Part shown: positions 9,717 through 19,732 of the stretch, one piece after another
Layout of the letters: each line of letters starts with the position of its first letter
How positions within the stretch are numbered: the first letter of the stretch is position 1
Assembly (NCBI GenBank): GCA_965198115.1
Contig: OZ240241.1
Span: 704,001 to 768,000, forward strand
Length of the DNA stretch: 64,000 nt
Origin: Candidatus Latescibacterota bacterium
GTDB taxonomy: Bacteria > Latescibacterota > UBA2968
Direction: 5' to 3'
Made by a program: the position numbers and the translations under genes
Notes under the pieces: generated by a model
What the model was told of the DNA's origin: nothing
The model's database searches: none
Seen by the model: the letters and a program-made list of their open reading frames with translations, nothing else

Positions 9717-10559
9717 ATGGTCCGAGTTCGAATCACCGCTGAAGAGAAGCGGTCGGGGAAGATGCAGCCGGAGCATCTACGATCTTGCGTGGAAGCAGTC
9801 GATCTGGACGGGTACGTGACGTTGGAAGAAGCAATCGACGTCGAGGTGATCGACGCCCTGTGTGAGAAGATGATGGCGGATATCAAAACCGTTCGAAAAA
9901 GGCGAGGAATTGAGACGGGTTGGTCGGGCGTGAGACCGCCGCCGAAGCACCCACATCTTTACAAGGACATCCTGTTGAACGAAATGGCCATCTCGGTCAC
10001 GCACGCGGTCATCGGTGATGAAGTGACGAACGATGCGTATGGGGCGAACACGGCCTATCCGGGTGCCAGACCGCAGACGCCTCACGCTGATGGCGGTCAG
10101 CTATGGGCGGGTCTGAAAGAGGCCCATCCTCCTTACGCGATTGCGGTGAATGTTCCGCTTGTGGACGTTGACGAGGAAAACGGAGCGACGCAGGTTTGGC
10201 CGGGGACACACCGGAACACGCGGACGGTCCTCAAACGAGGGGAACACGCGGACCCAGAGTGGGTCGCCGAGTGGGAGAAGCAACGGTCACCGGAACGGAT
10301 GATGACGAAGCGAGGCGATGTTGTGCTTCGGGATACGAGGATGTGGCATTGTGGGATGCCGAACTACACGGATACACCTCGCCCGATGATCGCGATGATT
10401 CACAAGGTGCCCTGGTGGGGACGAGGCGGCGTGGAATTCGAGAAGGGTACGGAGGATTTCCTGACGCATCCCGTCCTCAAGACCAACGCAGTGTTCGTCG
10501 ATCCGCCGATCGATTACCTGATGCAGGGCCACTCGCGGCCGCTCCATCGCGGGAAATGA
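9717..10559 (+). CDS. PhyH-family Fe(II)/2OG enzyme, tandem paralog
   Basis: QTPHAD...NGATQVWPGTH...RDTRMWHCG. Confidence 0.9.
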   Translation: MVRVRITAEEKRSGKMQPEHLRSCVEAVDLDGYVTLEEAIDVEVIDALCEKMMADIKTVRKRRGIETGWSGVRPPPKHPHLYKDILLNEMAISVTHAVIGDEVTNDAYGANTAYPGARPQTPHADGGQLWAGLKEAHPPYAIAVNVPLVDVDEENGATQVWPGTHRNTRTVLKRGEHADPEWVAEWEKQRSPERMMTKRGDVVLRDTRMWHCGMPNYTDTPRPMIAMIHKVPWWGRGGVEFEKGTEDFLTHPVLKTNAVFVDPPIDYLMQGHSRPLHRGK

Positions 10560-10586
10560 AACGCCGCGTGAAGATCGCCCACTGCT

Positions 10587-11309
10587 TCAGCAGTCGATTC
10601 GCTCGATCAGGATGGTCGCGCCCAACTCTCTCGCTTGATCTCTTTCTTCTGGGTTTTCCGCACGTACGCCGACACCAACGGGTAGATCGGACACCTGGTC
10701 GATTACGTGGCGCACGCACTCGTCGACCGTCTTGAACGGGAAGCCGCGACTGGCTTCGATGCTGAACATCAGGTCGTTGGCGCCGAACGACAGCATATCG
10801 ACACCGGATTTCGCAAGCTTTCTGCAGTCGAGTGTGGCTTTGACGGACTCGACTTGGAGCGTCAACGTGCCGTGGTTGTTCCACCAGTCCGCGTAGCCCA
10901 GCCGGTCGAGGGGTTGGTCGATGCCGGCTCGAGTAAGGCCGCCCCAGCTTCGCTTGCCCTGCTGCGGGTAGTAGAAAGCCGCGAGCGCTTCGTCGACCGT
11001 TTCCTCTTCCTCCACTTCTGGAATCATCACGCCGTCCGGGCCGAGATCCAAGTAGGTTCCGACGAGATAGGCGTGCCGCGTGTGCTTGATGCGGATACGC
11101 GTCGGTTTGTCATACTCTCGGGCGAGTTCACAGAATGAGATGATGCGCTCTTCGTTGTGTGCCAAATGCTGACTGTCGATCGAGATGAGGTCGAATTCTC
11201 GGATGGCGAGAATCTCTTCGAGCCAGCCACGCTCGATATCGGTGGGGAGGCCGACGCATTCGATGATCTCGCCGTCGTGGATTCGTTGTTTGAGGGTTTT
11301 CTCTGGCAC
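10587..11309 (-). CDS. HpcH/HpaI aldolase/citrate lyase family protein
   Basis: IDSQH, LDLGPDGVMIPEV, YYPQQGKRSWG, LQVES, GANDL. GTG start at 11309 after a purine-rich RBS. Confidence 0.85.
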   Translation of the reverse strand: MPEKTLKQRIHDGEIIECVGLPTDIERGWLEEILAIREFDLISIDSQHLAHNEERIISFCELAREYDKPTRIRIKHTRHAYLVGTYLDLGPDGVMIPEVEEEETVDEALAAFYYPQQGKRSWGGLTRAGIDQPLDRLGYADWWNNHGTLTLQVESVKATLDCRKLAKSGVDMLSFGANDLMFSIEASRGFPFKTVDECVRHVIDQVSDLPVGVGVRAENPEERDQARELGATILIERIDC

Positions 11310-11540
11310 GCCTTCTCTCCTTTTGAAAGGCAGGTGAACCACCCACCTTCGCCCTCTAGCTACGGCGGGCAGGCAGATGGACGCAGATGCACACAGATTG
11401 CACAGGTCGGTGGTCGAGGCCCTATTCGGGGACAGGATCTCAATAGTGTATGGAAGGATCGCAATGGAGTTCACACCAGAGCGGTGGGAGCAGTCTCCCG
11501 ACTGCGAACTGTCATCGCTCAGCTCAAGAAGGACACGAAT

Positions 11541-12533
11541 GTGGCTGATTTCAAGGTGGTTGTGACGGACTCGTTCATTCGGTCGAGCGGGTTGGATCTG
11601 TTGCGCAAGCAGGGAGGCGAGGTCGTCGTGTTGCAGCCGTACTCATCGCCGGCCGATCTGGTAGAGGCGGTGCGTGACGCGGATGCGATGATGGCACGAT
11701 CGGTGAACGTGACGCGCGAGGTTGTCGAGAGTGCGCCGAAGCTGAAAGTCGTATCCCGCCACGGTGTGGGATTCGAGAACGTGGACCTGGAGACGTGTAC
11801 GCGCTTGGGGATCGCGGTGTCGATCTCGAGCGATGCGAATTCGCAGTCGGTAGCCGAGTTCGCCTTCACATTGATGATGGCGTCGGCGAAGAATGTGGCA
11901 CTTATCGGTCGAGCCGTCCGGTCGAACGTCTGGGCGCGGGACAACAGCAGTGCGGTCGAGTTTCACGGAAAGACGCTGGGCATTGTCGGTCTGGGTCGCA
12001 TCGGATCGCGTCTTGCCAGGCTAACGAGTGGGTTTACGATGGAGGTTTTGGTTTACGACCCCTACGCGGCCTCGGATGCGGTCGAAGCGGCCGGGGCGAA
12101 GCAAGTTGATCTGAATCGGCTGCTGGCCCAAGCCGATTTCGTGTCGCTTCACGTGCCGCTTACAGACGAGACACACCACATCATCGGGCGGGATGAGCTC
12201 GAGCAGATGAAGACGTCGACAATTCTAGTCAACACGGCACGTGGCGGTCTGATCGATGAAGGTGCTCTGCTCGATGCGCTGACGAATGGGTGGATTGCCG
12301 GGGCGGCCCTCGACGTGTTCGAGTCCGAGCCTCTACCCGATGATTACCCGCTGACGAAACTGGATACGATGATCTGCACGGCGCACGTCGCCGGGCAGAC
12401 ACAGGAATCGCTGATCCGGACGTCGACCGTCGCGGCGGAGAACATCCTCGCAGTTCTGCGTGGTGAAGCGCCAGAGATACTCGTCAATCCAGATGTTCTG
12501 AAGAATCGAACGCGCGTGGCGTGGAAGCAGTAG
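11541..12533 (+). CDS. D-isomer-specific 2-hydroxyacid dehydrogenase (SerA-like)
   Basis: SRHGVGFENVD, GKTLGIVGLGRIG, VNTARGG, GAALDVF, TAHVAG. Start reassigned to GTG 11541. Confidence 0.92.
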   Translation: MADFKVVVTDSFIRSSGLDLLRKQGGEVVVLQPYSSPADLVEAVRDADAMMARSVNVTREVVESAPKLKVVSRHGVGFENVDLETCTRLGIAVSISSDANSQSVAEFAFTLMMASAKNVALIGRAVRSNVWARDNSSAVEFHGKTLGIVGLGRIGSRLARLTSGFTMEVLVYDPYAASDAVEAAGAKQVDLNRLLAQADFVSLHVPLTDETHHIIGRDELEQMKTSTILVNTARGGLIDEGALLDALTNGWIAGAALDVFESEPLPDDYPLTKLDTMICTAHVAGQTQESLIRTSTVAAENILAVLRGEAPEILVNPDVLKNRTRVAWKQ

Positions 12534-12580
12534 AAGAAGTGTTCAGTGTTCAGGAAGACACTATTGACGACGCCCCAGGC

Positions 12581-12970
12581 TCAGCTGACCGTCGCCACGT
12601 TTGGATATTCCATCAGCTTGGTGTCGGAGGTAACGAGAGGGCAGTTGTGCGTCGTTGCAGTCGCCAGGATAATTTGGTCGGCGGGATCCCGGTGTGCTCC
12701 CTCGAGTCGCGTCGATGCGATCGCAATCGCCGGGCTCAATTCCAGAAGGTTGACTCCCGGGTATCCGAGCGCCGCCGTGAACCACGGCTCGATCGGTACA
12801 GACAGCTCGAGTCGTGCAAGCTCTACAAGCTTGGCGATTTCCCAACACGAGATGGCGCTCACGCCAATCGTGCCGGATTCGTTCGCGGTTATCGCTTCCG
12901 ACTGAGTCTCGGTCAGCCGTTGGTCACCACCCACCCACCAGATCCAGACGTGGGTATCAAGCACGATCAT
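12581..12970 (-). CDS. vapC: PIN-domain toxin, VapC family
   Basis: MIVLDTHVWIWW, SAISCWEI, HRDPADQII, LVTSD. Confidence 0.92.
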   Translation of the reverse strand: MIVLDTHVWIWWVGGDQRLTETQSEAITANESGTIGVSAISCWEIAKLVELARLELSVPIEPWFTAALGYPGVNLLELSPAIAIASTRLEGAHRDPADQIILATATTHNCPLVTSDTKLMEYPNVATVS

Positions 12971-13239
12971 CGGGATGATTCCCAGTCATCTTCCACGACA
13001 CCCCGGAACGGCTCCTCGTAACGAACTACGGATCCACGCAGCGGATAACGTGGGTCGTCGGCGTCGGTCACAACCCCACCCTTTAACTGACGCCACGCTT
13101 CGAAATCCTCGACGGGTATCACTGCAACTACTGGCTTGCCAGCCCGCTCGATGATGTAGTGGTCGCCCCTCAACTGGACTTCGCTCATCAGTTGGCCCAG
13201 CCTGTGTCGAGCGTCGACGGCGGATATCGTTTTGGTCAT
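12967..13239 (-). CDS. Phd/YefM-family antitoxin
   Basis: MTKTISAVDARHRLGQLMSEV...IIERAGKPVVAVIP; ATGA overlap with vapC. Confidence 0.9.
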   Translation of the reverse strand: MTKTISAVDARHRLGQLMSEVQLRGDHYIIERAGKPVVAVIPVEDFEAWRQLKGGVVTDADDPRYPLRGSVVRYEEPFRGVVEDDWESSR

Positions 13240-13254
13240 CGCCAGCCCCACAAT

Positions 13255-13295
13255 ACTATGATCGTATGGATTAGTATAATCAATATAATCATAGT
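13255..13295. promoter_or_regulatory. AT-rich 41-bp imperfect palindrome upstream of the TA operon (putative autoregulatory operator/promoter)
   Basis: ACTATGATcgTATgGATTA-gta-TAATCaATAtaATCATAGT; 16 of 19 positions pair; ends 16 bp from the antitoxin ATG. Confidence 0.65.
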
Positions 13296-13398
13296 GGTTC
13301 TTCTCCTCATTGGCAAGCCTTCACTGATGATAGAAAAGACAAGGGCTATGGTGATCGCCACCATAGCCCTTCCTCTTGACGTGGAATGAAGCGGTTTC

Positions 13399-14649
13399 TC
13401 AGGAACCGGCGCCCTCGGGCAATTGGATCGAAGCACAGGGAAAAACGCCCACACTTGCTTTGTCCGGATACTCCTCACGCACGTGTTTGAGGGCTTCGTC
13501 CCAGTTGGAGCACGCGACGACCTGTTCGGAAGGCCCGAACTTGTCGATGTCGGTGCGTGCGAGATAGGGCGAGCAGACAAACAGACGCTTGGCCTTCGGG
13601 ACCCCAGCCCGCCCCGGTCCCCACAGCTTTCCACCGTAGTCCGATCCGAACCGGCCAGTCAGGTAGTGCGATGCCTGACCCTCCGGGCTGTGCGTGATGA
13701 TGACGGCCACGCCGCCCTCGTCTTTGAGGCATAGCCTTGCAGGCCACGCACCTTTGGTGGCCTGGTTTTCGATCGGATAGGTGTTCGTGACAACGATGTC
13801 GAGGTTCCGGGGTACGGGTGTGGCGTAGACTTCGCGCGCTCTTTCAGCGCCTGCCCGATGTTGTTTGATGAAGTCTCCCCCGTAGACCCCGATGATATCC
13901 CGGCGGTTGTTGATCAGCAGGTCGATCTTGAAGTCGAGACCGACTTTGCGCGCCGCCTCTTCGATGTCAGCACGTGTTTCGTTGCCCTCTACGATGCCCA
14001 GCATTCCCGTTTCGGCGGTTGACTTCTTCCGTCGCCGTCCGTGGTTGCACGCAACCGATTCGATGCCCATCACGCCAGGGAACACGAGCTTCGCGCCCCC
14101 GCCGAATCCGGCGCCACCGTGTGGGATCAGGCCGCCGATACCGATTTTGAGGTCACATTCCATCACCTCTCGGTTGACGAGAAGGGGTGTTCCACGCGAT
14201 GTCTCGCCGATATCGACGAGGTGCTCGTAGGGATTGTGGTTGTAGACTCTAAACCGGCGGACCGCATCGGCGCCCAACTTTTTAGCAAAGTGTTCGAGGT
14301 TCATCGCGATGTGGTTGGCGAAGGCCCCGACGAGCCGAATCTGGTCATCCTGGATGCCCGCCTCTTCGAGTTCGTCGAGGACGAACGGCAGGATCCTGCC
14401 TGTGGGAGCAGGTCGAGTCAGGTCGTCGAAGAGGATGACGATCTTCTTCTTGCCCTTTGCCAGTTTATGCAGCGGCTCGGTTCCGTAGGGGTTAGCCAGC
14501 TGCTCTCTTAGCTGATCGTCACTCAGAGCCGGCGTATCGTGACCGGCCATCTTGCATTCTCTGACATCCCACTGATCTGGGAAATGCAGTGCCAGCTCTT
14601 CCTCGCCATACCATGCCTTGATCGGGATCTTGATCTTGCCAGTATCCAT
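13399..14649 (-). CDS. Lactate racemase LarA-superfamily (nickel-pincer-dependent) racemase/epimerase
   Basis: DDLTRP, NHNPY, GETSRGTP, IPHGGAGFGGGAKLVFPG motifs. Confidence 0.88.
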   Translation of the reverse strand: MDTGKIKIPIKAWYGEEELALHFPDQWDVRECKMAGHDTPALSDDQLREQLANPYGTEPLHKLAKGKKKIVILFDDLTRPAPTGRILPFVLDELEEAGIQDDQIRLVGAFANHIAMNLEHFAKKLGADAVRRFRVYNHNPYEHLVDIGETSRGTPLLVNREVMECDLKIGIGGLIPHGGAGFGGGAKLVFPGVMGIESVACNHGRRRKKSTAETGMLGIVEGNETRADIEEAARKVGLDFKIDLLINNRRDIIGVYGGDFIKQHRAGAERAREVYATPVPRNLDIVVTNTYPIENQATKGAWPARLCLKDEGGVAVIITHSPEGQASHYLTGRFGSDYGGKLWGPGRAGVPKAKRLFVCSPYLARTDIDKFGPSEQVVACSNWDEALKHVREEYPDKASVGVFPCASIQLPEGAGS

Positions 14650-14784
14650 CGGATGCCTTCCGGATTGAAGTAGGGACCTGCACCGGGGAATTCGCTGCAG
14701 AATATGAGTATCAGAAGCGGCGGCGGCAAGTGTTCCAGCGGATTGAAGGCAGGCGGTCGACGGAGGCGTTCAGATGAAGTGGCT

Positions 14785-15195
14785 CTAGTTCGGGGGTTCC
14801 GGTTCGATTTGATCGACGAAGAACCCTTCCACCATCGCTCCCAGGGCTCTCAAGTCGATCGGTTTCTCCGCAACACCATCGACTCCATACCGCTTGACGA
14901 TCTCCAGTAGCTCCACCCCTTCACGGATATGGTAGCCTGTCATCGCGATGACTTTGGCGGTTGACGAGGTTCGCCGGATATCCTGAATGACTTCGAACCC
15001 GGATTTGACGGGCATGTAGATGTCGGTGATGAGGACATCCGCCCCGTGTTCGTTGAACAGGGCCAGGCCTTTCTCGCCGTTATCGGCGACGCGAACCTCG
15101 TGCCCACGTCGGGCGAAATACGTCTCGATGACCTCACATACGATGGGTTCATCGTCGACGATGATGATGTTGAGTTGTTGAGTCATTTGAGGCAT
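14785..15195 (-). CDS. Single-domain response regulator (REC)
   Basis: IVDDE, ITDIYMP, IAMTG, EKP. Confidence 0.9.
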   Translation of the reverse strand: MPQMTQQLNIIIVDDEPIVCEVIETYFARRGHEVRVADNGEKGLALFNEHGADVLITDIYMPVKSGFEVIQDIRRTSSTAKVIAMTGYHIREGVELLEIVKRYGVDGVAEKPIDLRALGAMVEGFFVDQIEPEPPN

Positions 15196-15327
15196 GTTGC
15201 TGTAAGCAACGTAGCTGTGCAGGCCAGCGCCGTCAAGGATCGTCTGGAGGGTCGAAGCCGCTGTTTGTCGAATCCGCTCTGTCAGGCTACATTACCAGAG
15301 TCACCATTTTTGTTTCGGGGGACAGAC

Positions 15328-15600
15328 TTGGCCTTCTGGGTTCTCATCACGCTCGCCGCGGTCGTGGGTGTAAAATATTACACGTCGGTGGGACTACGTC
15401 AGCTGGATCGGCGCCTGGCCTCCGTCAAGCGGGACCTGGAGCGCTCCAAGGAAGGCCGGAAGGAAAAGCAGCAGGCACAGGCCGAGGTCGCCGAGGAAGA
15501 GGAGATATGCGAGACTCGGATCCGAAATATGAAAGATCTGATCTCGGATCTCGAGTATCGGTTAACAGTGGCGCCGGAGGAAGAAGAGGAGACGGTGTGA
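15328..15600 (+). CDS. Small N-terminally membrane-anchored coiled-coil protein
   Basis: TTG start; hydrophobic AFWVLITLAAVVGVKYY followed by a charged heptad-like region; terminator-like hairpin downstream. Confidence 0.65.
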   Translation: MAFWVLITLAAVVGVKYYTSVGLRQLDRRLASVKRDLERSKEGRKEKQQAQAEVAEEEEICETRIRNMKDLISDLEYRLTVAPEEEEETV

Positions 15601-15628
15601 CCAGAAATCTGGCAAGAATCTCGAAGAC

Positions 15629-15656
15629 AGCCCTGACTTGCAGCCAGGGTTTTTTT
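15629..15656 (+). terminator. Putative intrinsic terminator
   Basis: AGCCCTG...CAGGGT followed by a T-run. Confidence 0.55.
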
Positions 15657-16154
15657 GTGCCGGTCGACAAAGTGATCGTTGGTGTTTCCTATAACGCTTT
15701 GACCGCCTCATCGACCTGACGCACTGCCTGGAGAGAGCTGTCGGCCTGGAGTTCCTCGGGTAGGGTAGGCATCCGGGACGTTTGCGGTGGCGTCGAGCCT
15801 GGATCAACGATCGTCTTTGGATGTTGAAGGAAGCTTGTTCGCGATGTTTCTGGGTGTGTAGAAGCCGCTGCTCGTCGTCGAGTCCGCACAGGTGACGATC
15901 AGCCCCGAATAATTCGCCCCTGGAAGGAGACGCGTAGGGTCTGCTCGGGGGTATACCTCGAAAAATTAATGATTTATGGCATCCTTCTGTATCGTCGGTG
16001 AAGATGGGTTCGGTCGCTCCGTTCTTTTATTGACTCTTTTTGCCTGTTTGTTTACACATTGTTCGAAAGCCACGACAGATAGCCACAAGCTCATGGATGG
16101 ATGTCCCCCGTCCGTCTCTCCCTCAGCGATCCCCCAACCCGCAAGAGGATTGTG

Positions 16155-16699
16155 ATGAGGACTGCTCTTTCCCTTTTGGCCATTGCCACTTTCGCGCTTG
16201 GGTATGGGCCTTCTTCAGGACACGCCAGCCAGTTGGTCGATGCCGTCCGTGCGGGCGACCTGGGCTCCGTTCGACGCATGTTGGATCAGGGCGATAGCCC
16301 CAATGCCGTCAATTCGCACGGCGAATCAGCGCTCGGTTGGGGCTCCTTCAATGGACAGCTGTCTATCGTCAAAGAGCTGCTGACGGCAGGCGCGGATGTG
16401 AATCGGAAGGATGCCCTGGGAAATACGCCAGTACTCTACGCGGCCGCAAAGGTCACTCCGACATTCTGAAGTTGCTGATCGACCACGGGGCGGACTGCAA
16501 CGTGCGAGGGCGAAATGATCTGACGCCGTTGATGGCGGCAGCACGAGACGGTCATCGAGATGCGGTAAAGGCCCTGCTCGAAGGCGGCAGCCAATGGAAC
16601 GCGGAACGCAAGGGACGGACCGCACTCGGGATGGCTCGCAGGAAGGGACATCGGTCGATCGTGCAGATCCTGCTTGGGATGATCAAGTCCAAATCGTAA
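16155..16699 (+). CDS. Secreted ankyrin-repeat protein (frameshift near 16452)
   Basis: Signal peptide MRTALSLLAIATFALG; repeats GESALGW, GNTPVLYAA, DLTPLMAAARDGH, GRTALGMARRKGH split across two frames. Confidence 0.85.
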
Positions 16700-16800
16700 A
16701 GACCTCCTGAATCCTGAGTTCCGGTGTCTGGAATCTGACAGGATGGCGTGAGTCGGCGGACAACCCGTCAACTCTGACGCCTAGCATGAAACAGTGCGCT

Positions 16801-16836
16801 GCCCAGCCTCGATCTTCAGGCTGGGCCTTCCTTTTT
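16801..16836 (+). terminator. Putative intrinsic terminator
   Basis: GCCCAGCCT-cgatcttc-AGGCTGGGC then CTTCCTTTTT. Confidence 0.6.
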
Positions 16837-16958
16837 GGGGACTGGGACGATTTGTCCTTCTCGGAGGAACATTCCGTTCATCTGTCGGGGGCGAGCCCTA
16901 TATGTGGGGTCTAAATTATTCGAAAACAGATATATAGATGCTATCAGAGCACGGTCGT

Positions 16959-16975
16959 TTGGCATCGATGTTGCA
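16959..16975 (+). promoter_or_regulatory. Putative sigma54 (-24/-12) promoter
   Basis: TTGGCATCGATGTTGCA has exact GG-N10-GC spacing, an AT-rich upstream tract and an RBS-led ORF ~60 bp downstream. Confidence 0.65.
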
Positions 16976-17037
16976 CTTGTCCTGACTGGGGACCACTGAA
17001 CAGTGGTTGATTTCACTGATTTGTCGGGGAGGTCATC

Positions 17038-17202
17038 ATGCATTCGGTCGGGAGTCGGGAATTCGCAAGGAAGGCCTTTGTCATCCTTGCGGGAGCGGCG
17101 AGTGTGCTGCTTCTGTCCACCGGGGAAGTCTGGCAGGTCGTTCCGGGCGTCGTGCTCTTTTATGTCGCCGCGGCGGCCAGTTTTCTCAGACAGAACCGGT
17201 AG
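17038..17202 (+). CDS. 54-aa two-helix small membrane protein (absent from the ORF track)
   Basis: GGAGG RBS, then MHSVGSREFARKAFVILAGAASVLLLSTGEVWQVVPGVVLFYVAAAASFLRQNR*. Confidence 0.6.
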   Translation: MHSVGSREFARKAFVILAGAASVLLLSTGEVWQVVPGVVLFYVAAAASFLRQNR

Positions 17203-17241
17203 TTGATCAGAAGACATTTCGCCACACAGACAAAGCATTCC

Positions 17242-17284
17242 AGAGGTCTCCGAGAATGTCACTCTCGGGGGCCTTTCTGTTTTC
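17242..17284. terminator. Hairpin between convergent small ORF and DUF72 gene
   Basis: AGAGGTCTCCGAGA-atgtcac-TCTCGGGGGCCTTT followed by a T-rich tail. Confidence 0.55.
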
Positions 17285-17392
17285 TCACCCGGTGTCGAGC
17301 TTCAGCTGTCGGTCGAGTCGGGTCTTCAGCAGGTTGACGTTCGCGATGGCGTTGTGGACGGCGCTGATGTTGTAATGATTGTTCCACGCGAT

Positions 17393-18766
17393 GAGCTATA
17401 ATCAAAAGGTGTGGAAAAAGAGAAAGGGCGACCCTACCCTTCCCGTGAGATAGTTGATTCACACAAAACCGGGTGAGAGGCCCGGTTGGGAAGGAGGATC
17501 GCCGTGAAGGAACATACGCATAGAGTCCCATTGAAGTCCATGCCGACGTGGGAGACGGTTGACGATTGGATCCGTGAAGAGATCCAGGGCCGGTTCCAGT
17601 CCATTCTGGAGGAGGAGGCGACCGCGTTCTTGGGCCGGTCGTGGTATGAGCGCCGAGCCGAGGTCGATAGCTCCAGGGGCTACAGGAACGGCTACGGCAA
17701 GCCCCGGCGTCTCTCGACGAGCTGCGGAACGATCAAGGTCCGGCGTCCCCGGGTTCGTGGTCTGGAAGAGCGGTTTGAAAGCCGCATCCTCCCCCTGTTC
17801 GCCCGGAGAACCAGGGCCATTGGAGATCTGCTTCCCGACCTTTATCTCCACGGTCTCTCCCAGGGCGACTTCGAGTTGTCTTTGCGTGCGCTGCTCGGTG
17901 ATGGCGCGCCGCTTTCGCCGACCTCGATCGCTCGTCTTCGAGGGAAGTGGGAGGTCGACTTCCAGGACTGGAAAGAAAGGCGTCTGGATAATCGCGAACT
18001 GGTCTACGCCTGGGCTGATGGCATCTACGTCAAAGCCGGGCTCGAGCGCGAGAAGGCGTGTCTGCTGGTCGTGATCGGCGCGATGAGCGACGGCAGCAAG
18101 GAGATCCTGCCGATAGAACCCGGTTATCGAGAGTCTACAGAATCCTGGCTCACGGTGCTCCGGGATCTCCGGGATCGCGGGCTCGAACATCCTGTCCTGA
18201 TCGCCGCGGACGGGAATATGGGCATCTGGGCGGCCGTTGATCAGGTCTGGCCAGAGAGCCGGCAACAACGGTGCTGGAACCACAAGATCCTCAACGTGCT
18301 CGACAAGGTCGCCAAGCGTGCACAGGCTGAAGCCCGCGCACTGCTCGTCCAGATCCCCTATGCCGGCACGAAAAAGGAGGCCGAGAAGCTCCGGAAACGC
18401 TTTGCCGCACGGTATCGCTCACAGTTCCCTGCCGCCGTGGAGACGCTCGAAAGAGACTGGGATCGGATGGTCACGTTCTACGACTTCCCGAAGGAACACT
18501 GGAAACACCTGAGAACCACGAACGTCGTCGAGAGCCCCTTTGCTTCCGTTCGGCTTCGCACAAACGCCGCCAGGCGATTCAAGAAAGTCAGGAATGCCAC
18601 GGCTCTCATCTGGCGTACGCTCAAGGTCGCAGAGAGCCGATTCAGGAAACTCACCGCGCCACACTTGCTACAACAAGTCTACGATCAGAAACACTCAACC
18701 GGACCGCAGGTCGAAACCGGGAAGATGGCCGCCTGATTTCTTTTACACACCTATTGACCTGAGCTC
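17393..18766 (+). mobile_element. IS256-family insertion sequence A
   Basis: IRs GAGCTATAATCAAAAGGTGTGGAAAA / TTTTACACACCTATTGACCTGAGCTC; perfect 8-bp TSD CACGCGAT (17385-17392, 18767-18774). Confidence 0.95.
17486..18736 (+). CDS. IS256-family transposase
   Basis: GYRNGY, WADGIY, AADGNMG, QRCWNHK, LRTTNVVES. Confidence 0.95.
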   Translation: MGRRIAVKEHTHRVPLKSMPTWETVDDWIREEIQGRFQSILEEEATAFLGRSWYERRAEVDSSRGYRNGYGKPRRLSTSCGTIKVRRPRVRGLEERFESRILPLFARRTRAIGDLLPDLYLHGLSQGDFELSLRALLGDGAPLSPTSIARLRGKWEVDFQDWKERRLDNRELVYAWADGIYVKAGLEREKACLLVVIGAMSDGSKEILPIEPGYRESTESWLTVLRDLRDRGLEHPVLIAADGNMGIWAAVDQVWPESRQQRCWNHKILNVLDKVAKRAQAEARALLVQIPYAGTKKEAEKLRKRFAARYRSQFPAAVETLERDWDRMVTFYDFPKEHWKHLRTTNVVESPFASVRLRTNAARRFKKVRNATALIWRTLKVAESRFRKLTAPHLLQQVYDQKHSTGPQVETGKMAA

Positions 18767-19732
18767 CACGCGATGGCCACGGAGCTGACCTTCAACCCGA
18801 GCTCCAGCTGTCCAGTCACCCGCTCTCCCACCTCATCCTCGGAATACAGGTAATCGTAGCGTGCGTTGCGAGCCGCGTTTCGCTCTTTTGATGTCTTCTG
18901 CTCCTTCTTTGGATACCAGTGATCCAGGTTTCGGCCGCTGTAACGAACATAGCCCTTGTCGGTCGTGGCATAAGCTTTGAGGGGAAAGGCGTGGCGGATC
19001 GGCGGGATTTCCGTGTTGCAGATGCCGACACCGGCATCTTTGAGCGCCTGGAGCGGATACACTTCGTGCCAGGAGATGTGCCGAAATTCGATGTGGATGT
19101 CGATCTTTTCGCGGACGGTGACGTCGGCCACGCGAAGCAGGTAGTCGAGACGCTTCTGGCTCCGTACGACGCGATCTTCGAGCTGGATGAGGAAGCTGAA
19201 GAAGCGACCGGTTTCGACGAGGGGACTGACCGCGGTGATGTGATCCTGCATCATCCGCTGGCCTGCTTCATCGTCCCACGTTTTGGTGTGCGAAATGTCG
19301 CGATGGACTTTGACAGTGTACTTCCCATGGACGGTTTGCTACGCCTTTCGATGTCGAGAAAATTGGCGATGAGCGGTTCGCGATAGAAGGTGTTGTTGAT
19401 TTCGACGAAAGAGAAGTATCTGGTAGAACCGCAGCCGGTCCTGGTCGTCGCGTTGTTCGGCCGTCATTTCGGACTGTTGGCGCTTCGTTGCGCGGGGTGG
19501 ATTGAACAGACCGACCCAGTCGTCGAAGTAGTAGCCCGACGTACCGACGTGATAGCCCAAACGTGAGATGTCGGGGGGCTCGGACAGGGGCGCCCAGTTG
19601 CTCGAACGGTCGGTGGGTGGGATGATGGTCAGTTGCTGCATGGAATCATGAGCGGGTGAGCGGGTGAGCGGGGGAGGAGGGAGCGGCGGCTTTGTCTCTC
19701 CCGCTCTCCCGTTCCCTCCTCTCCCGCTCGGT

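Larger units (their letters stand above)
17285..19641 (-). pseudogene. DUF72 (YecE-like TIM barrel) protein, interrupted by IS256 and frameshifted
   Basis: VGTSGYYFDDWVGLFNP, IEFRHISW, GYVRYSGRN, RYDYLYSEDE. Removing the IS and one TSD copy restores VAIAW-NNHYNISAVHNA...DTG*. Confidence 0.85.

Noticed and set aside
15689-15889. 66-aa minus-strand ORF or possible riboswitch in the 15.6-16.1 kb gap
   Set aside because: No RBS, motif or recognisable RNA consensus; left unannotated.
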